Positions 8,166 through 16,182 of a DNA stretch of 16,182 nucleotides are shown here, one piece after another. Numbering within the stretch: the first letter of the stretch is position 1; every line of letters begins with the position of its first letter. The stretch lies in UHGV virus genome UHGV-0039965. One strand, 5' to 3'. Origin of the DNA: a virus. The position numbers and the translations under genes were made by a program. Below the pieces are notes generated by a model. That model was not told the origin of the DNA and searched no databases. It saw only the letters and a list, made by a program, of their open reading frames with translations.

Positions 8166-8784
8166 TAGGTCCTATCTCCACTAACAAACTCACAATTGGC
8201 GAGCCTGATATATATAGCCCGCCGTTAATTTTTACACCGCCGTCGCCGTCTGCTGGGATATTTACGCCTATTTTCGCGTAAGGCGCACCAGCTATAAAAA
8301 ATTCACCATCGACACCCGTTTCAAAATTTATTTCTTTTAATAAGGAACGGCAATTTTTTGCATCAAATATTTGTGCAATAAAGGTATTCAATAGTTCTAA
8401 ATCTAACCCTATACTTTTTAGCAGATATATTTTAATTGCGAATGTATACGGGTCGTCCCTGGGCGTGGCTTCAAACCACTCTCTCATTTTGCTCTCAAAT
8501 CCCACCGTTAATAATGCTCGTTCGACGGCACCACGCGTGCCGCGATGTTTATTTTGCCAGGCTGCGGCCTTAATAATTTCGCGTTTTTGCTGCTCGCTCC
8601 AGTCGGGGTTCCAGTAGGTGACCGCGTACTCCCACGCCAGCCACGGCAACAGATTTGCAGGGCACAAATCGGGATTTTTAATAATTCGAATATCGCCAGG
8701 CAGATCGCCGACGTGAGATAAAACAACCTCAAGCGCCCTCTCAGGGGTTATTGCGTTCGGAGGCAGTACGCTTTGACTTGTCAT
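8158..8784 (-). CDS. Baseplate protein I (P2 gpI-like)
   Basis: 208-aa ORF; the motif NPDLCPANLLPWLAWEYAV closely matches the gpI signature as I recall it (NPDTCPANLLPWLAWAFSV). Confidence 0.9.
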   Translation of the reverse strand: MTSQSVLPPNAITPERALEVVLSHVGDLPGDIRIIKNPDLCPANLLPWLAWEYAVTYWNPDWSEQQKREIIKAAAWQNKHRGTRGAVERALLTVGFESKMREWFEATPRDDPYTFAIKIYLLKSIGLDLELLNTFIAQIFDAKNCRSLLKEINFETGVDGEFFIAGAPYAKIGVNIPADGDGGVKINGGLYISGSPIVSLLVEIGPNG

Positions 8785-8786
8785 GG

Positions 8787-9707
8787 CTACCCCATTTGCA
8801 CGCTGAGTTTGATTTCTGTGCAGTACGGAGCCTGTCCGACGCCAGCAATCACATCCTCTGTTGGCGATATCAGAATCACACGCTCCGTTCCGTCACGATG
8901 TATCGCGTCGTAAATTCCTGACAGGGCTGCTGTCGCCCCGATTTTATGTTGTGTAGCCACGTATATAGCTAAATCGCTTTGAGCACCGTTGAGCAACACG
9001 TTCTGATCGGGACCGAGCCCCGCTACGATAACGGCTTCAACCCGGTAATTCAGGTTCGACGCAGGTTTTACAGTCACGAAATCAGTCAGCGGTCGAGTAT
9101 CGTCAGGAGACAGGGCCGCATTCACTGTATTCAGTAGTGATTGAGGCGGAGTGCCGTCGCCGGTTCGCGACAAAACATACATATCGACGTATCCAGGCTG
9201 GGTCACCGGCGGGCCGTACGCCTGAGCTGACAGAACGTCGGGATCACTCGACAGCGCGAAATAGTTATAGGCGTTCGTACTGCCGGCAGTATTCCGCGCG
9301 TACCATGATAGCTGTATGCGATGACGATACTCGTCGTCACTCTCGTAAACCCCCTCAGTCGGAGGAATTGCGTCAGGATTAGCTGGCGTTATCAACAGCC
9401 GCAGGCAGTCAAAATTAGCGCCGATCTGGTCGAGGTCACTCCCTTTTGCAAACGCGAGCAATACAGCGAGCATCCCCTGATTTACCCGAGCTGTAATAAT
9501 GATTTCTCTGTATGCAACTATTTCCAGCAGTTTAACGGCCGGGTCTGACTCCAGGAGTGCGTTAAATTGTGGATATAATATCTGCAATTCTGACAGTAGA
9601 CTGGATTTAACATCTGAAAATAATGGGGTTTTAACGAATGCTGGCGGCGGCAGCAGACTCATATCAATAGTTTTCACTATCGAATTCTGAACTGTTGATG
9701 TTATCAA
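8787..9707 (-). CDS. Baseplate protein J (P2 gpJ-like)
   Basis: 306-aa ORF between the W-like and I-like genes; size and position fit gpJ. Its start overlaps the W stop (ATGA). Confidence 0.85.
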   Translation of the reverse strand: MITSTVQNSIVKTIDMSLLPPPAFVKTPLFSDVKSSLLSELQILYPQFNALLESDPAVKLLEIVAYREIIITARVNQGMLAVLLAFAKGSDLDQIGANFDCLRLLITPANPDAIPPTEGVYESDDEYRHRIQLSWYARNTAGSTNAYNYFALSSDPDVLSAQAYGPPVTQPGYVDMYVLSRTGDGTPPQSLLNTVNAALSPDDTRPLTDFVTVKPASNLNYRVEAVIVAGLGPDQNVLLNGAQSDLAIYVATQHKIGATAALSGIYDAIHRDGTERVILISPTEDVIAGVGQAPYCTEIKLSVQMG

Positions 9708-10045
9708 AATATCAGTTCCATATTATTAAACTCTAATCGCTGTTGTGTTTCGATATCTGTTGCGATAATTAATATTGTTATTTTCCCGATGTCCACTGCT
9801 AACACATTTATTCTGTCAATTCTGACGCGTGGTTCCCAGCGTGCTATTGCTCCTGCACTTTCCATTATTATTCTCATAGCAAGCGACGGATCAGTGGGAT
9901 TATCAACGAGGTCAAATAATTTGCTGCCGTATTCCGGCAACATTACACGGGTTCCCAGCGGGGTCGTTAAAATATCAACGATAGACTGACAAATGTGATC
10001 AGTCCCCGATAAAGGCTTACCGGTGTTACGGTCCATTCCAAGCAT
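9704..10045 (-). CDS. Baseplate protein W (gpW/gp25-like)
   Basis: ORF between V and J. I place the start at the ATG at 10043-10045 (MLGMDRNTGKPLSGTDHICQSIVDIL..., 113 aa), 3 nt after the V stop. The longest ORF runs to 10093 but would overlap V by 46 nt. Confidence 0.8.
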   Translation of the reverse strand: MLGMDRNTGKPLSGTDHICQSIVDILTTPLGTRVMLPEYGSKLFDLVDNPTDPSLAMRIIMESAGAIARWEPRVRIDRINVLAVDIGKITILIIATDIETQQRLEFNNMELIF

Positions 10046-10047
10046 AT

Positions 10048-10950
10048 TTACGCCATTGGTTGGTTCGGTTGTTGTGTTTCCCCGTCCGGACATATATGAG
10101 TGTGTCCGTTGTACGTTGTGCGGACCTCAGTCATTGTGCCTTGTCGGTCCTGCACCTCTTGCCCTGCTAACACACTACCGCGAGTTGTGATATTACCTGT
10201 TCCACCGTTATCTCCAGTGACAGAAATATCGTTACGGAATGTCGCTAATTTATCTACTACTAATGTCTCGGTAATATGCGTTGGACCAGCTAGTGTTATA
10301 CCACCCGGAGCCCACGCGCTGATTGTTTGAGCTGTCAGCGATATTCTGTTCGCAGCAGTAACACTAACAGAACTCGTTGCTATAACGTTCACTAAATCAG
10401 CATGTGCGTTAATTGTATCTGTCGCTGTGACATTAATAATATCAGCGTCTGCGTTAATTAATTTCCCACCATGGATATTAACTACATTTTCGCTATTAAT
10501 AGTAACATCTGCGCGTCCAAATATTTCTATTTCAGACTCACCGAGTATTTTTACCACGCCGTCCGGTACGCCCTGCCATGTCAGAGTGTGATTTTTTGTG
10601 TTATACGTCATCGTAGCCCCGTCACAGTATGCAGTGACATGATCATGGGGGTCATTGCTTGACGGAGCTTTGTCGTCAATGTGCAGCCCGAGCATAACTA
10701 CACCGTTCCGCGTATCCCCACCCTCAGAAACAACAGTAACGGGATCGCCCACTGATGGTGCGCTCCAGTCGACGCGTTCTGAGGTGGCGTGAGTAAACCA
10801 CTGCAGCCAGCCTGACTGGTGTTCGCCACCAAATGAGACTCGGCAGCGTGGAGGATTCATTTTAACTGCAGCTATCGTGCCGCGTTTAACTGCGTCACGC
10901 AGCCTGCGCGCGTTCTCCGCTGCAGCATATTCATCGTCCGATTGGGCCAT
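10048..10950 (-). CDS. Baseplate spike protein V (P2 gpV-like)
   Basis: 300 aa from the ATG at 10948-10950 (MAQSDDEY...), which has GAGGG 9-10 nt upstream. C-terminal ...YNGHTHICPDG carries the HxH motif typical of the metal-binding spike apex. The ORF track begins 5 codons earlier at 10965. Confidence 0.8.
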   Translation of the reverse strand: MAQSDDEYAAAENARRLRDAVKRGTIAAVKMNPPRCRVSFGGEHQSGWLQWFTHATSERVDWSAPSVGDPVTVVSEGGDTRNGVVMLGLHIDDKAPSSNDPHDHVTAYCDGATMTYNTKNHTLTWQGVPDGVVKILGESEIEIFGRADVTINSENVVNIHGGKLINADADIINVTATDTINAHADLVNVIATSSVSVTAANRISLTAQTISAWAPGGITLAGPTHITETLVVDKLATFRNDISVTGDNGGTGNITTRGSVLAGQEVQDRQGTMTEVRTTYNGHTHICPDGETQQPNQPMA

Positions 10951-11467
10951 AATAGTCGCCCTCATGTTCTGCGCCGATATCTGGTGCTATTCCGACGTAT
11001 ATATTTTTCAGGGTCCCCTGTGAGGGATAATCGAAAATATCTGGACCAACGCCTACAACCTGCGTGAACGACACGCACTGAACTGAATGCGAACCGACTG
11101 ACTGCCCGTTTTTAATCCAGTCGCACGGTTCCGCGTCGCTGAATTTTGCCGGTTTAGTTCCGGGACCGAACATTCGCCCATTGATCCAGCTCGTCATATA
11201 GAGCGCTGCATTCTGCGATTTCAGTCCGTACTGATCAGCTGCAAATTCACGCAGCAAATACAAATTACACGACAGCTCGACTGACTGAATTGAGCCTGGA
11301 ACCGATTCGTCACTCTGTGACCAGTTGCTGATTTCCAGGAACAGAGCTGGCGTTTCAAATCCAGCCGGAATTTCCGGATAAATTCCGAATGTTTTGATGA
11401 ACGGTATTTGTAAAACCGCGCCTTTAACGCGATCAAGATATTCGTCAAATGCATCCAGTCCGCTCAT
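10931..11467 (-). CDS. Tail-module protein of unknown identity, in the position of the P2 tail completion proteins (R/S)
   Basis: 178-aa ORF translationally coupled to the upstream ORF (ATGA overlap) and overlapping the V start. Assignment is by position only. Confidence 0.5.
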   Translation of the reverse strand: MSGLDAFDEYLDRVKGAVLQIPFIKTFGIYPEIPAGFETPALFLEISNWSQSDESVPGSIQSVELSCNLYLLREFAADQYGLKSQNAALYMTSWINGRMFGPGTKPAKFSDAEPCDWIKNGQSVGSHSVQCVSFTQVVGVGPDIFDYPSQGTLKNIYVGIAPDIGAEHEGDYYGPIGR

Positions 11468-11766
11468 AATCGTTTACCTGTTTTTGGGTCTACGTGGACA
11501 TTACCTTTCACGCGACCGCGCAAATCTTTCTCAAAAAAGCCCATAAAAACAGGGCCAATGTTTTCAAAAATATAATCATCGATAGCATCCTCCAGCGCGT
11601 CGTGCACAGGTACGCGAGCCTCTTCGATTCCTCCGCGATCCAGTCGAATCCAGACACTTTTCGCACCGTAGCGTTTCGCTACGAATGAATCGGGCCAACT
11701 CATCATCGCCAGCCCTGCACTTTTGGGTGTAAAAGTTGCCCCTCTAGCGCCTTTTTTGGTTTTCAA
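11464..11766 (-). pseudogene. Possible 5'-truncated remnant of a tail-module gene
   Basis: The track's 100-aa ORF begins at a TTG. The frame stays open about 40 codons further upstream with no ATG or GTG; the first ATGs are internal (MMSWPD...). It sits at the edge of a 336-bp non-coding gap. Confidence 0.4.
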
Positions 11767-12102
11767 AAACAGGCCGGTCTCAAGATCGCGAGGCTGTTTT
11801 TGCCTCCGTGGATTTTGTAATCGCCCCTTTAGCTCAGATACCCGGAAATCATTCAGACCGTACCAGAGCTTGGCGCTGCTCAGGTCCGTGGTAACTCCAG
11901 TTTATCGCCAAACATGTCCTTTCCCTCCGGGAAACCAATGATATTGACGATATTACACCCACAACGATTCGTTTTACGTCACTCCGCAATCACCATACAT
12001 ACGTACCAATCCGTACATTCCCACCACAAAAATGGCATTCGGCGGGCACTGGTAATGGATTTTTAACGTGTGCTATTGCCTTGCGACGTATTTTCAACTC
12101 AC

Positions 12103-12327
12103 TCATACAGCCTCCCTGCTCTCAAATGGGCGAATATTGGTTGGTTCTCCACACGGAATAGCCCAACCCAGCCAGGTAAATATTTTCAGGTCACACATCG
12201 CGTCATACCGTTCGCCAGGATTCACATCCACCATGCTGCAGGCAATTTCATATTGTTCACCATTATCAGTCAGTGCGATCTGGTCATTAATAAACCGGGG
12301 CACAAATGCCAGAAAAAGTTCTTTCAT
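12103..12327 (-). CDS. Hypothetical small protein (74 aa)
   Basis: Last gene of a four-gene run with overlapping stop/start codons. No family recognised. Confidence 0.4.
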   Translation of the reverse strand: MKELFLAFVPRFINDQIALTDNGEQYEIACSMVDVNPGERYDAMCDLKIFTWLGWAIPCGEPTNIRPFESREAV

Positions 12328-12635
12328 GAAATCCTCCGCTCAAAATAAACATACTGATTCACCGCACCGATCGACATTTCGAGTTTTTCCGCGATATCCT
12401 GGCGATTAATACCCGACTGATGTAATTCCCTTGCCAGCTCGATATCCTCCTGGCGGTATTTCACTGACTGGTGATAATTACCCCGCAGATACATACAGAT
12501 TTTCAACTCGCGCGCTTTTGTGCGTACCGCAGCACCGGTTCTTCCAATAAGCTGCCCTATACGTTCAACTATCATGCTGCCCGCACATTGTTTGATGATT
12601 ACGACTTCCGCACGCACCCACCGTTTGTATTTCAT
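12324..12635 (-). CDS. Small putative DNA-binding protein with two helix-turn-helix-like segments
   Basis: 103 aa; segments IVERIGQLIGRTGAAVRTKAREL and INRQDIAEKLEMSIGAVNQYV look like HTH motifs. Coupled by ATGA overlaps to both neighbours. A regulatory role is inferred, not demonstrated. Confidence 0.45.
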   Translation of the reverse strand: MKYKRWVRAEVVIIKQCAGSMIVERIGQLIGRTGAAVRTKARELKICMYLRGNYHQSVKYRQEDIELARELHQSGINRQDIAEKLEMSIGAVNQYVYFERRIS

Positions 12636-12868
12636 TGCTCCATCCCCCCTCTCCAGTAGTTCAGACGCTCTCTGAAAAATTCCCGGTACGTATCCGGCGT
12701 CATTCCGATTTGCTCAATCACGCTTCCCCTCGGAATACGTTTCTCAAAGAGTTGGCGGATCAGCGTCGCCGCTCGCATGTCGTAGTGCTCTTTAAGCAGG
12801 TATTCCTGAGGCCATTTGGCGCGGTTGTGTGGTAAGCCGGGCGGCAGGTAATCTGATTGCCCTGCCAT
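12632..12868 (-). CDS. Hypothetical small protein (78 aa)
   Basis: ORF coupled to both neighbours; basic and aromatic-rich. No family recognised. Confidence 0.4.
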   Translation of the reverse strand: MAGQSDYLPPGLPHNRAKWPQEYLLKEHYDMRAATLIRQLFEKRIPRGSVIEQIGMTPDTYREFFRERLNYWRGGMEQ

Positions 12869-12869
12869 A

Positions 12870-13280
12870 TCACGTCCCTTTCTTTGCTATCGGAGTGATG
12901 GAACTCAGCAGCAGGCGACAGCGACCGGGCGCGCCAATGCGCTGTCCGGTTATCTTGTCGTAAGTTTCATGCGGTGAGGCACACCAGGTTGTCGCTGTTT
13001 CGTGGAGTTTCACTTGCCGCTCACCATTTCTGCGAATCGCGATCCCGATGTGCGTTTTACCCTTACATTTCACTGCTGGCGCTGCGGCTACGGATGCCTG
13101 ACGGGCAGGCTGAGCTGGTGTTGAAAAATTGCCTGCTTTGGGTCTTGGTACAAAAACCGCACGAGTGCGCGCACGTGGCCCGGCGTTCATATTCCACAAA
13201 ATGACGTCGAGATAGTTTTTACCGTCGTCTATGTGTCCTTTGTCCGACGGGTACTCTAATTTGCCTGAAATGGTGGTCAT
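12870..13280 (-). CDS. Hypothetical protein (136 aa) downstream of the helicase
   Basis: ORF 38 bp downstream of the helicase stop, same strand. It occupies the position of lambdoid nin-region genes. No family recognised. Confidence 0.45.
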   Translation of the reverse strand: MTTISGKLEYPSDKGHIDDGKNYLDVILWNMNAGPRARTRAVFVPRPKAGNFSTPAQPARQASVAAAPAVKCKGKTHIGIAIRRNGERQVKLHETATTWCASPHETYDKITGQRIGAPGRCRLLLSSITPIAKKGT

Positions 13281-13318
13281 TGGTCTTTCCTCGGTTATTT
13301 CACGCTGGTCATGCGTGG

Positions 13319-14710
13319 TTAAAATGGGTCCGTATTAAAGTTTTTGTTTGAATACCGTTTTTCACGTTTTCTCGGTTGCTCTGCCTCCTTCTGGATGCGT
13401 AATTTTTCGCGTGCTACGTGTTGATCAACTGGCAGGAAATGCCCATTCCGGAATTCCTGATAAATAATTTCACCTGCCCCGCCAGAACGGTTTTTACCGA
13501 TAATCACCTCGGCGATACCCTTTGCAGGTGAATCAGGTGTGTAAACTTCATCGCGGTACAAAAACAAAATGCTGTCAGCGTCCTGCTCAACACTGCCGGA
13601 ATCGCGCAGGTCCGACATCACCGGGCGACGCTGGCCAGCAGGTCGAGAATCCACCTGGCGGGAAAGCTGGCTAAGAGCAAAAACAGGGGTATGCAGACGC
13701 ATGGCCATAGTCTTCATGTTGCGGGAGATATGCCCGACAGCGAGATCGTGGCGCTCGGCCTTCGGTTTTTTGATCAGGCCCATGTAATCAACACCAATCA
13801 ACTTCAGGTGCGGATAACGGCGTTTATGAGTCTCTGCAATGGCGCGGATCTGCTCAATCGTCAAATCAGTGGCATCAACAATCCAGATATCGCGATCCTG
13901 CATGATTGCAAGCGCGGCGGTTAATCTGGTCAAATCCTCATCGTCCATTTCTTTTGGATTACGCAGACGCGACGTGGACATATTCCCAGCCCCGGCAACG
14001 GTACGTTCAACAATCTGCTGAGCGCCCATTTCCATGCTGAAAAACAGTGCGCCGCCGCCATCTGCGGTAACGCCATCGATAATCTTCAGGGTAAATTCCG
14101 TTTTCCCCATGCCTGGACGACCGGCAACCACAACAAGGTCGGTCATGTTGATACCGCCCAGGGCGACATCCAGATCCTCGACTCCGGTTTTCAGCATCAT
14201 TTCCTGCGCGTCGCCAGACATCCGTTTATCAACGGTGTCAATGTAGAGCGGTAACAGCTCTTTGATGTGTACCGGCTGGACTGTGCCGGTAGCGGCGCTC
14301 ATATCCAGCACCTGAGCAACATGAGATTCAATAACCTCATCACGCTGACTCTGGTTTACAGCGTTACGGATACCATCCGCGCCAGATTGCAACAATGCCG
14401 CCATTTTGCGGCTCCGCCATGCCCGCACCATTTTCCCGGCATAGCCTTTCAGATTCGGTACCGTTGCCGGGATCCGGGATATTTGAGACAGATCCGCAAG
14501 GCTGGAACCGCCCAGCGCTTCGCTGATAAACAACATGTCGATCATGCCGTTCGCCAGTGCCTGCTTTTTGATTTCGCTGAAAGCGCGACGGTGAAACACG
14601 ATGCTGAAGGCTTCCTCCGGAGTAGTGGCAATCACATCAAACGCGTCAGGCGTCGCGCCACCGTTAATCAGACCAGCGAGAACGATCGCTTCCAGTTCTT
14701 CTGGATTCAT
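13319..14710 (-). CDS. Replicative DNA helicase, DnaB family (phage-type)
   Basis: 463 aa with Walker A GRPGMGKT, Walker B-like IWIVDATD, and C-terminal DnaB-like motifs (SQLSRQVDSR, DLRDSGSVEQDADSI, VIIGKNRSGGAGEI). Start is coupled to the upstream ORF stop. Confidence 0.9.
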   Translation of the reverse strand: MNPEELEAIVLAGLINGGATPDAFDVIATTPEEAFSIVFHRRAFSEIKKQALANGMIDMLFISEALGGSSLADLSQISRIPATVPNLKGYAGKMVRAWRSRKMAALLQSGADGIRNAVNQSQRDEVIESHVAQVLDMSAATGTVQPVHIKELLPLYIDTVDKRMSGDAQEMMLKTGVEDLDVALGGINMTDLVVVAGRPGMGKTEFTLKIIDGVTADGGGALFFSMEMGAQQIVERTVAGAGNMSTSRLRNPKEMDDEDLTRLTAALAIMQDRDIWIVDATDLTIEQIRAIAETHKRRYPHLKLIGVDYMGLIKKPKAERHDLAVGHISRNMKTMAMRLHTPVFALSQLSRQVDSRPAGQRRPVMSDLRDSGSVEQDADSILFLYRDEVYTPDSPAKGIAEVIIGKNRSGGAGEIIYQEFRNGHFLPVDQHVAREKLRIQKEAEQPRKREKRYSNKNFNTDPF

Positions 14711-15183
14711 AATGCCCCTTCCCTGGTTTTACGCAGTGTTTCTGGCTTCATCAGGTAATCAAACCCTGCCCGCCAGCCGGTGCGATATTCGCCGCCGAAA
14801 TAGAAGTCTGGGGCGTTATCGCGGAATTTTTCGAAGTAGCCGATAAATGCGCCAAGAGTTTGCGTGCGCATATGTGCCAGCAGGCGCAGGATTGCCCGAC
14901 GGCGGTCAGTATCAATTTCAGCTATAGGTAGCAGGTCGCCCAGAATCTCGTTGTAGCCCTTCACAACTTCAGCAGGGTCAACGGCAGCCTCAGCAGTGGC
15001 CCACGTCTCAGCGTCAGCCAGGTATCCGTCAAACCGGTTTACGCGGCAAATGTTCGCAGGTTTCGGAACGCTTCCGCTACGACGGCGCCATGTCGCAATA
15101 ACCCAACGAATTACTAACTGAATCTCAGCCACGCTGTACCTATGTGAAATGCACCACACCATGAAAGTGAGAGTCTGGTACAT
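14707..15183 (-). pseudogene. C-terminal remnant of a phage replication initiator (O-like) gene
   Basis: Only about 130-145 aa of plausible protein, ending in a helicase-coupled C-terminal region (...FYFGGEYRTGWRAGFDYLMKPETLRKTREGAL). No N-terminal DNA-binding domain. The first ~12 codons of the track ORF are antisense to the plus-strand ORF at 15149 and probably not real. Confidence 0.55.
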
Positions 15184-15598
15184 ATTGAATGGGGTGCGCG
15201 GCGAGTCTGCGGCTTACGGTTGCACTCCGTACATCTACGATACTAGACATGGACCAACAAGCGACGGCGAAGCGCCGAAGAAATCCTGGACGGATGCTGT
15301 TAAGAAAGCGCTATCCCCTCTCGGATTCAGCGCCGATATTTTCATGGGCCTGTACGACAATCCGGAATACCGCCAGAGGAATAAAGCTGAGTTTGATATC
15401 AAGAATGCCAGCGAGAATGCGGAAGATGCTACCCGTCTTCGTAAGGAACTGGATGAGAAGCTGATCAACGTTGCCAATACGCTGGCCGCCGCGGTAACCA
15501 CCAACGAAGTAAACAAGGTATTTGGCCTCATCGCCCGCGAAGTGGATGTACACCGAAAAGCAGCAGAAGCCAAAGGCGATAAAGAATATTCATCGTAA
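15149..15598 (+). pseudogene. N-terminally truncated Rad52/Erf-family single-strand annealing protein
   Basis: Contains the Rad52-superfamily signature KKSWTDAVKKALSPLGFSADIFMGLYD, preceded by VRVWYILNGVRGESAAYG (compare FVRV...DVGYG in Rad52), but starts too close to this motif for a complete N-terminal domain. Transcribed divergently from the O-like remnant. Confidence 0.5.
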
Positions 15599-15878
15599 AT
15601 TGAAAACTGCTAAAAACACATTTACTGATGCACAGGGGGCTATCCGGGTAATTATCGATAGCAAAGATAAGATCCCGGACGAGTATGAAGGCGTGTCACT
15701 TGTTGAAGTAGAAACGGTTATTACACCAAACAAGCGAGCCATTAAAGAAGTGATTGAATCTGCGGAGGCGGTTGCCGCAGAAATAATGGCGCGTGGAGAA
15801 ACACCACCTGCCGAATTACTTAACCCGGTACCAGGCGCACATCTGGAACGCGGCGAACGTTCGCTGAGGGTACGCTAA
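15546..15878 (+). CDS. Hypothetical protein (~110 aa from the ATG at 15546)
   Basis: The track ORF begins at a TTG at 15522; the first ATG is at 15546. It is in the +1 frame relative to the Erf-like ORF and overlaps its 3' end. Acidic and Ala-rich. Could be a separate gene or a frameshifted continuation. Confidence 0.4.
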   Translation: MYTEKQQKPKAIKNIHRKLKTAKNTFTDAQGAIRVIIDSKDKIPDEYEGVSLVEVETVITPNKRAIKEVIESAEAVAAEIMARGETPPAELLNPVPGAHLERGERSLRVR

Positions 15879-16132
15879 TGCTTAAACTCACATTAAAGCG
15901 TGGTGACGCGGTTCACCTGGTACTTGCCGATGGTACCAATGGCATTATTGAAGCACGGAGCCGCTGCGAACTTGGGCTACACCTGCCAGAAAACATTAAG
16001 GTCACGCGGGAGAAATCGGCATTCCCCCCACCAGAACTGATTACGCCTAAGGCAGCCTGGAAGAGAAGCAAGCAATTTCCGGGCATAAGAACCCACGACA
16101 GACAGCAGCATATGACCGAAAAGTTAAAGTAG
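15878..16132 (+). CDS. Small protein (84 aa) with CsrA-like N-terminal pattern
   Basis: Start overlaps the upstream stop (TAATG). In an ungapped comparison with E. coli CsrA, MLKLTLKRGD...ELGLHLPENIKVTREK matches MLILTRRVGE...RIGVNAPKEVSVHREE at M1, L2, L4, T5, G9, G33, P37, V42, R44 and E45. Compared by eye only. Confidence 0.35.
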   Translation: MLKLTLKRGDAVHLVLADGTNGIIEARSRCELGLHLPENIKVTREKSAFPPPELITPKAAWKRSKQFPGIRTHDRQQHMTEKLK

Positions 16133-16182
16133 TGCCCGTAGTTGGTGGCCAGAGAAAATGAATGATGATGCGTCCAGAGAAA

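Larger units (their letters stand above)
1..16182. mobile_element. Defective mosaic prophage: P2-type myovirus tail module plus lambdoid-type replication/recombination remnants; no head, packaging, lysis or integrase genes in the window
   Basis: Gene content and order across the window. Tail genes are contiguous and tightly coupled on the minus strand; replication genes lie upstream on the same strand; a recombination-gene remnant diverges on the plus strand. Confidence 0.8.

Noticed and set aside
8508-8732. 74-aa minus-strand ORF within gpI, and similar internal ORFs at 4272-4466 and 11221-11454
   Set aside because: Each is nested in an alternative frame of a confidently assigned tail gene.
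11723-12409. Plus-strand ORFs in and around the gap upstream of the tail module (11723-11941, 12068-12409, 12070-12348)
   Set aside because: Antisense to the minus-strand gene run or lying in the presumed deletion scar, with no start context and low-complexity translations.
1-16182. CRISPR arrays, tRNA genes, IS elements, integrase
   Set aside because: I saw no regularly spaced direct repeats, no tRNA-like sequence, no transposase-like ORF and no integrase-like ORF in either strand.

Overview
This window reads as a defective, mosaic enterobacterial prophage with almost every real gene on the minus strand. Positions 636-11467 hold a complete-looking P2-type contractile tail module in canonical order (spike V, baseplate W/J/I, tail fibre H, a fibre-chaperone-like gene, sheath, tube, E/E' chaperone, tape measure, U, X, D). 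Upstream of it (12103-15183) lie four small translationally coupled genes, a DnaB-family replicative helicase and the C-terminal remnant of a replication-initiator gene. That remnant abuts, head to head, the C-terminal remnant of a Rad52/Erf-like annealing protein on the plus strand, which looks like a deletion of the whole immunity region. No terminase, portal, capsid, lysis, integrase, tRNA or CRISPR is visible. The most striking local signal is a canonical A_AAA_AAG -1 frameshift site inside the gene between the tail fibre and the sheath. All family assignments are from reading the translations by eye; no database search was run.
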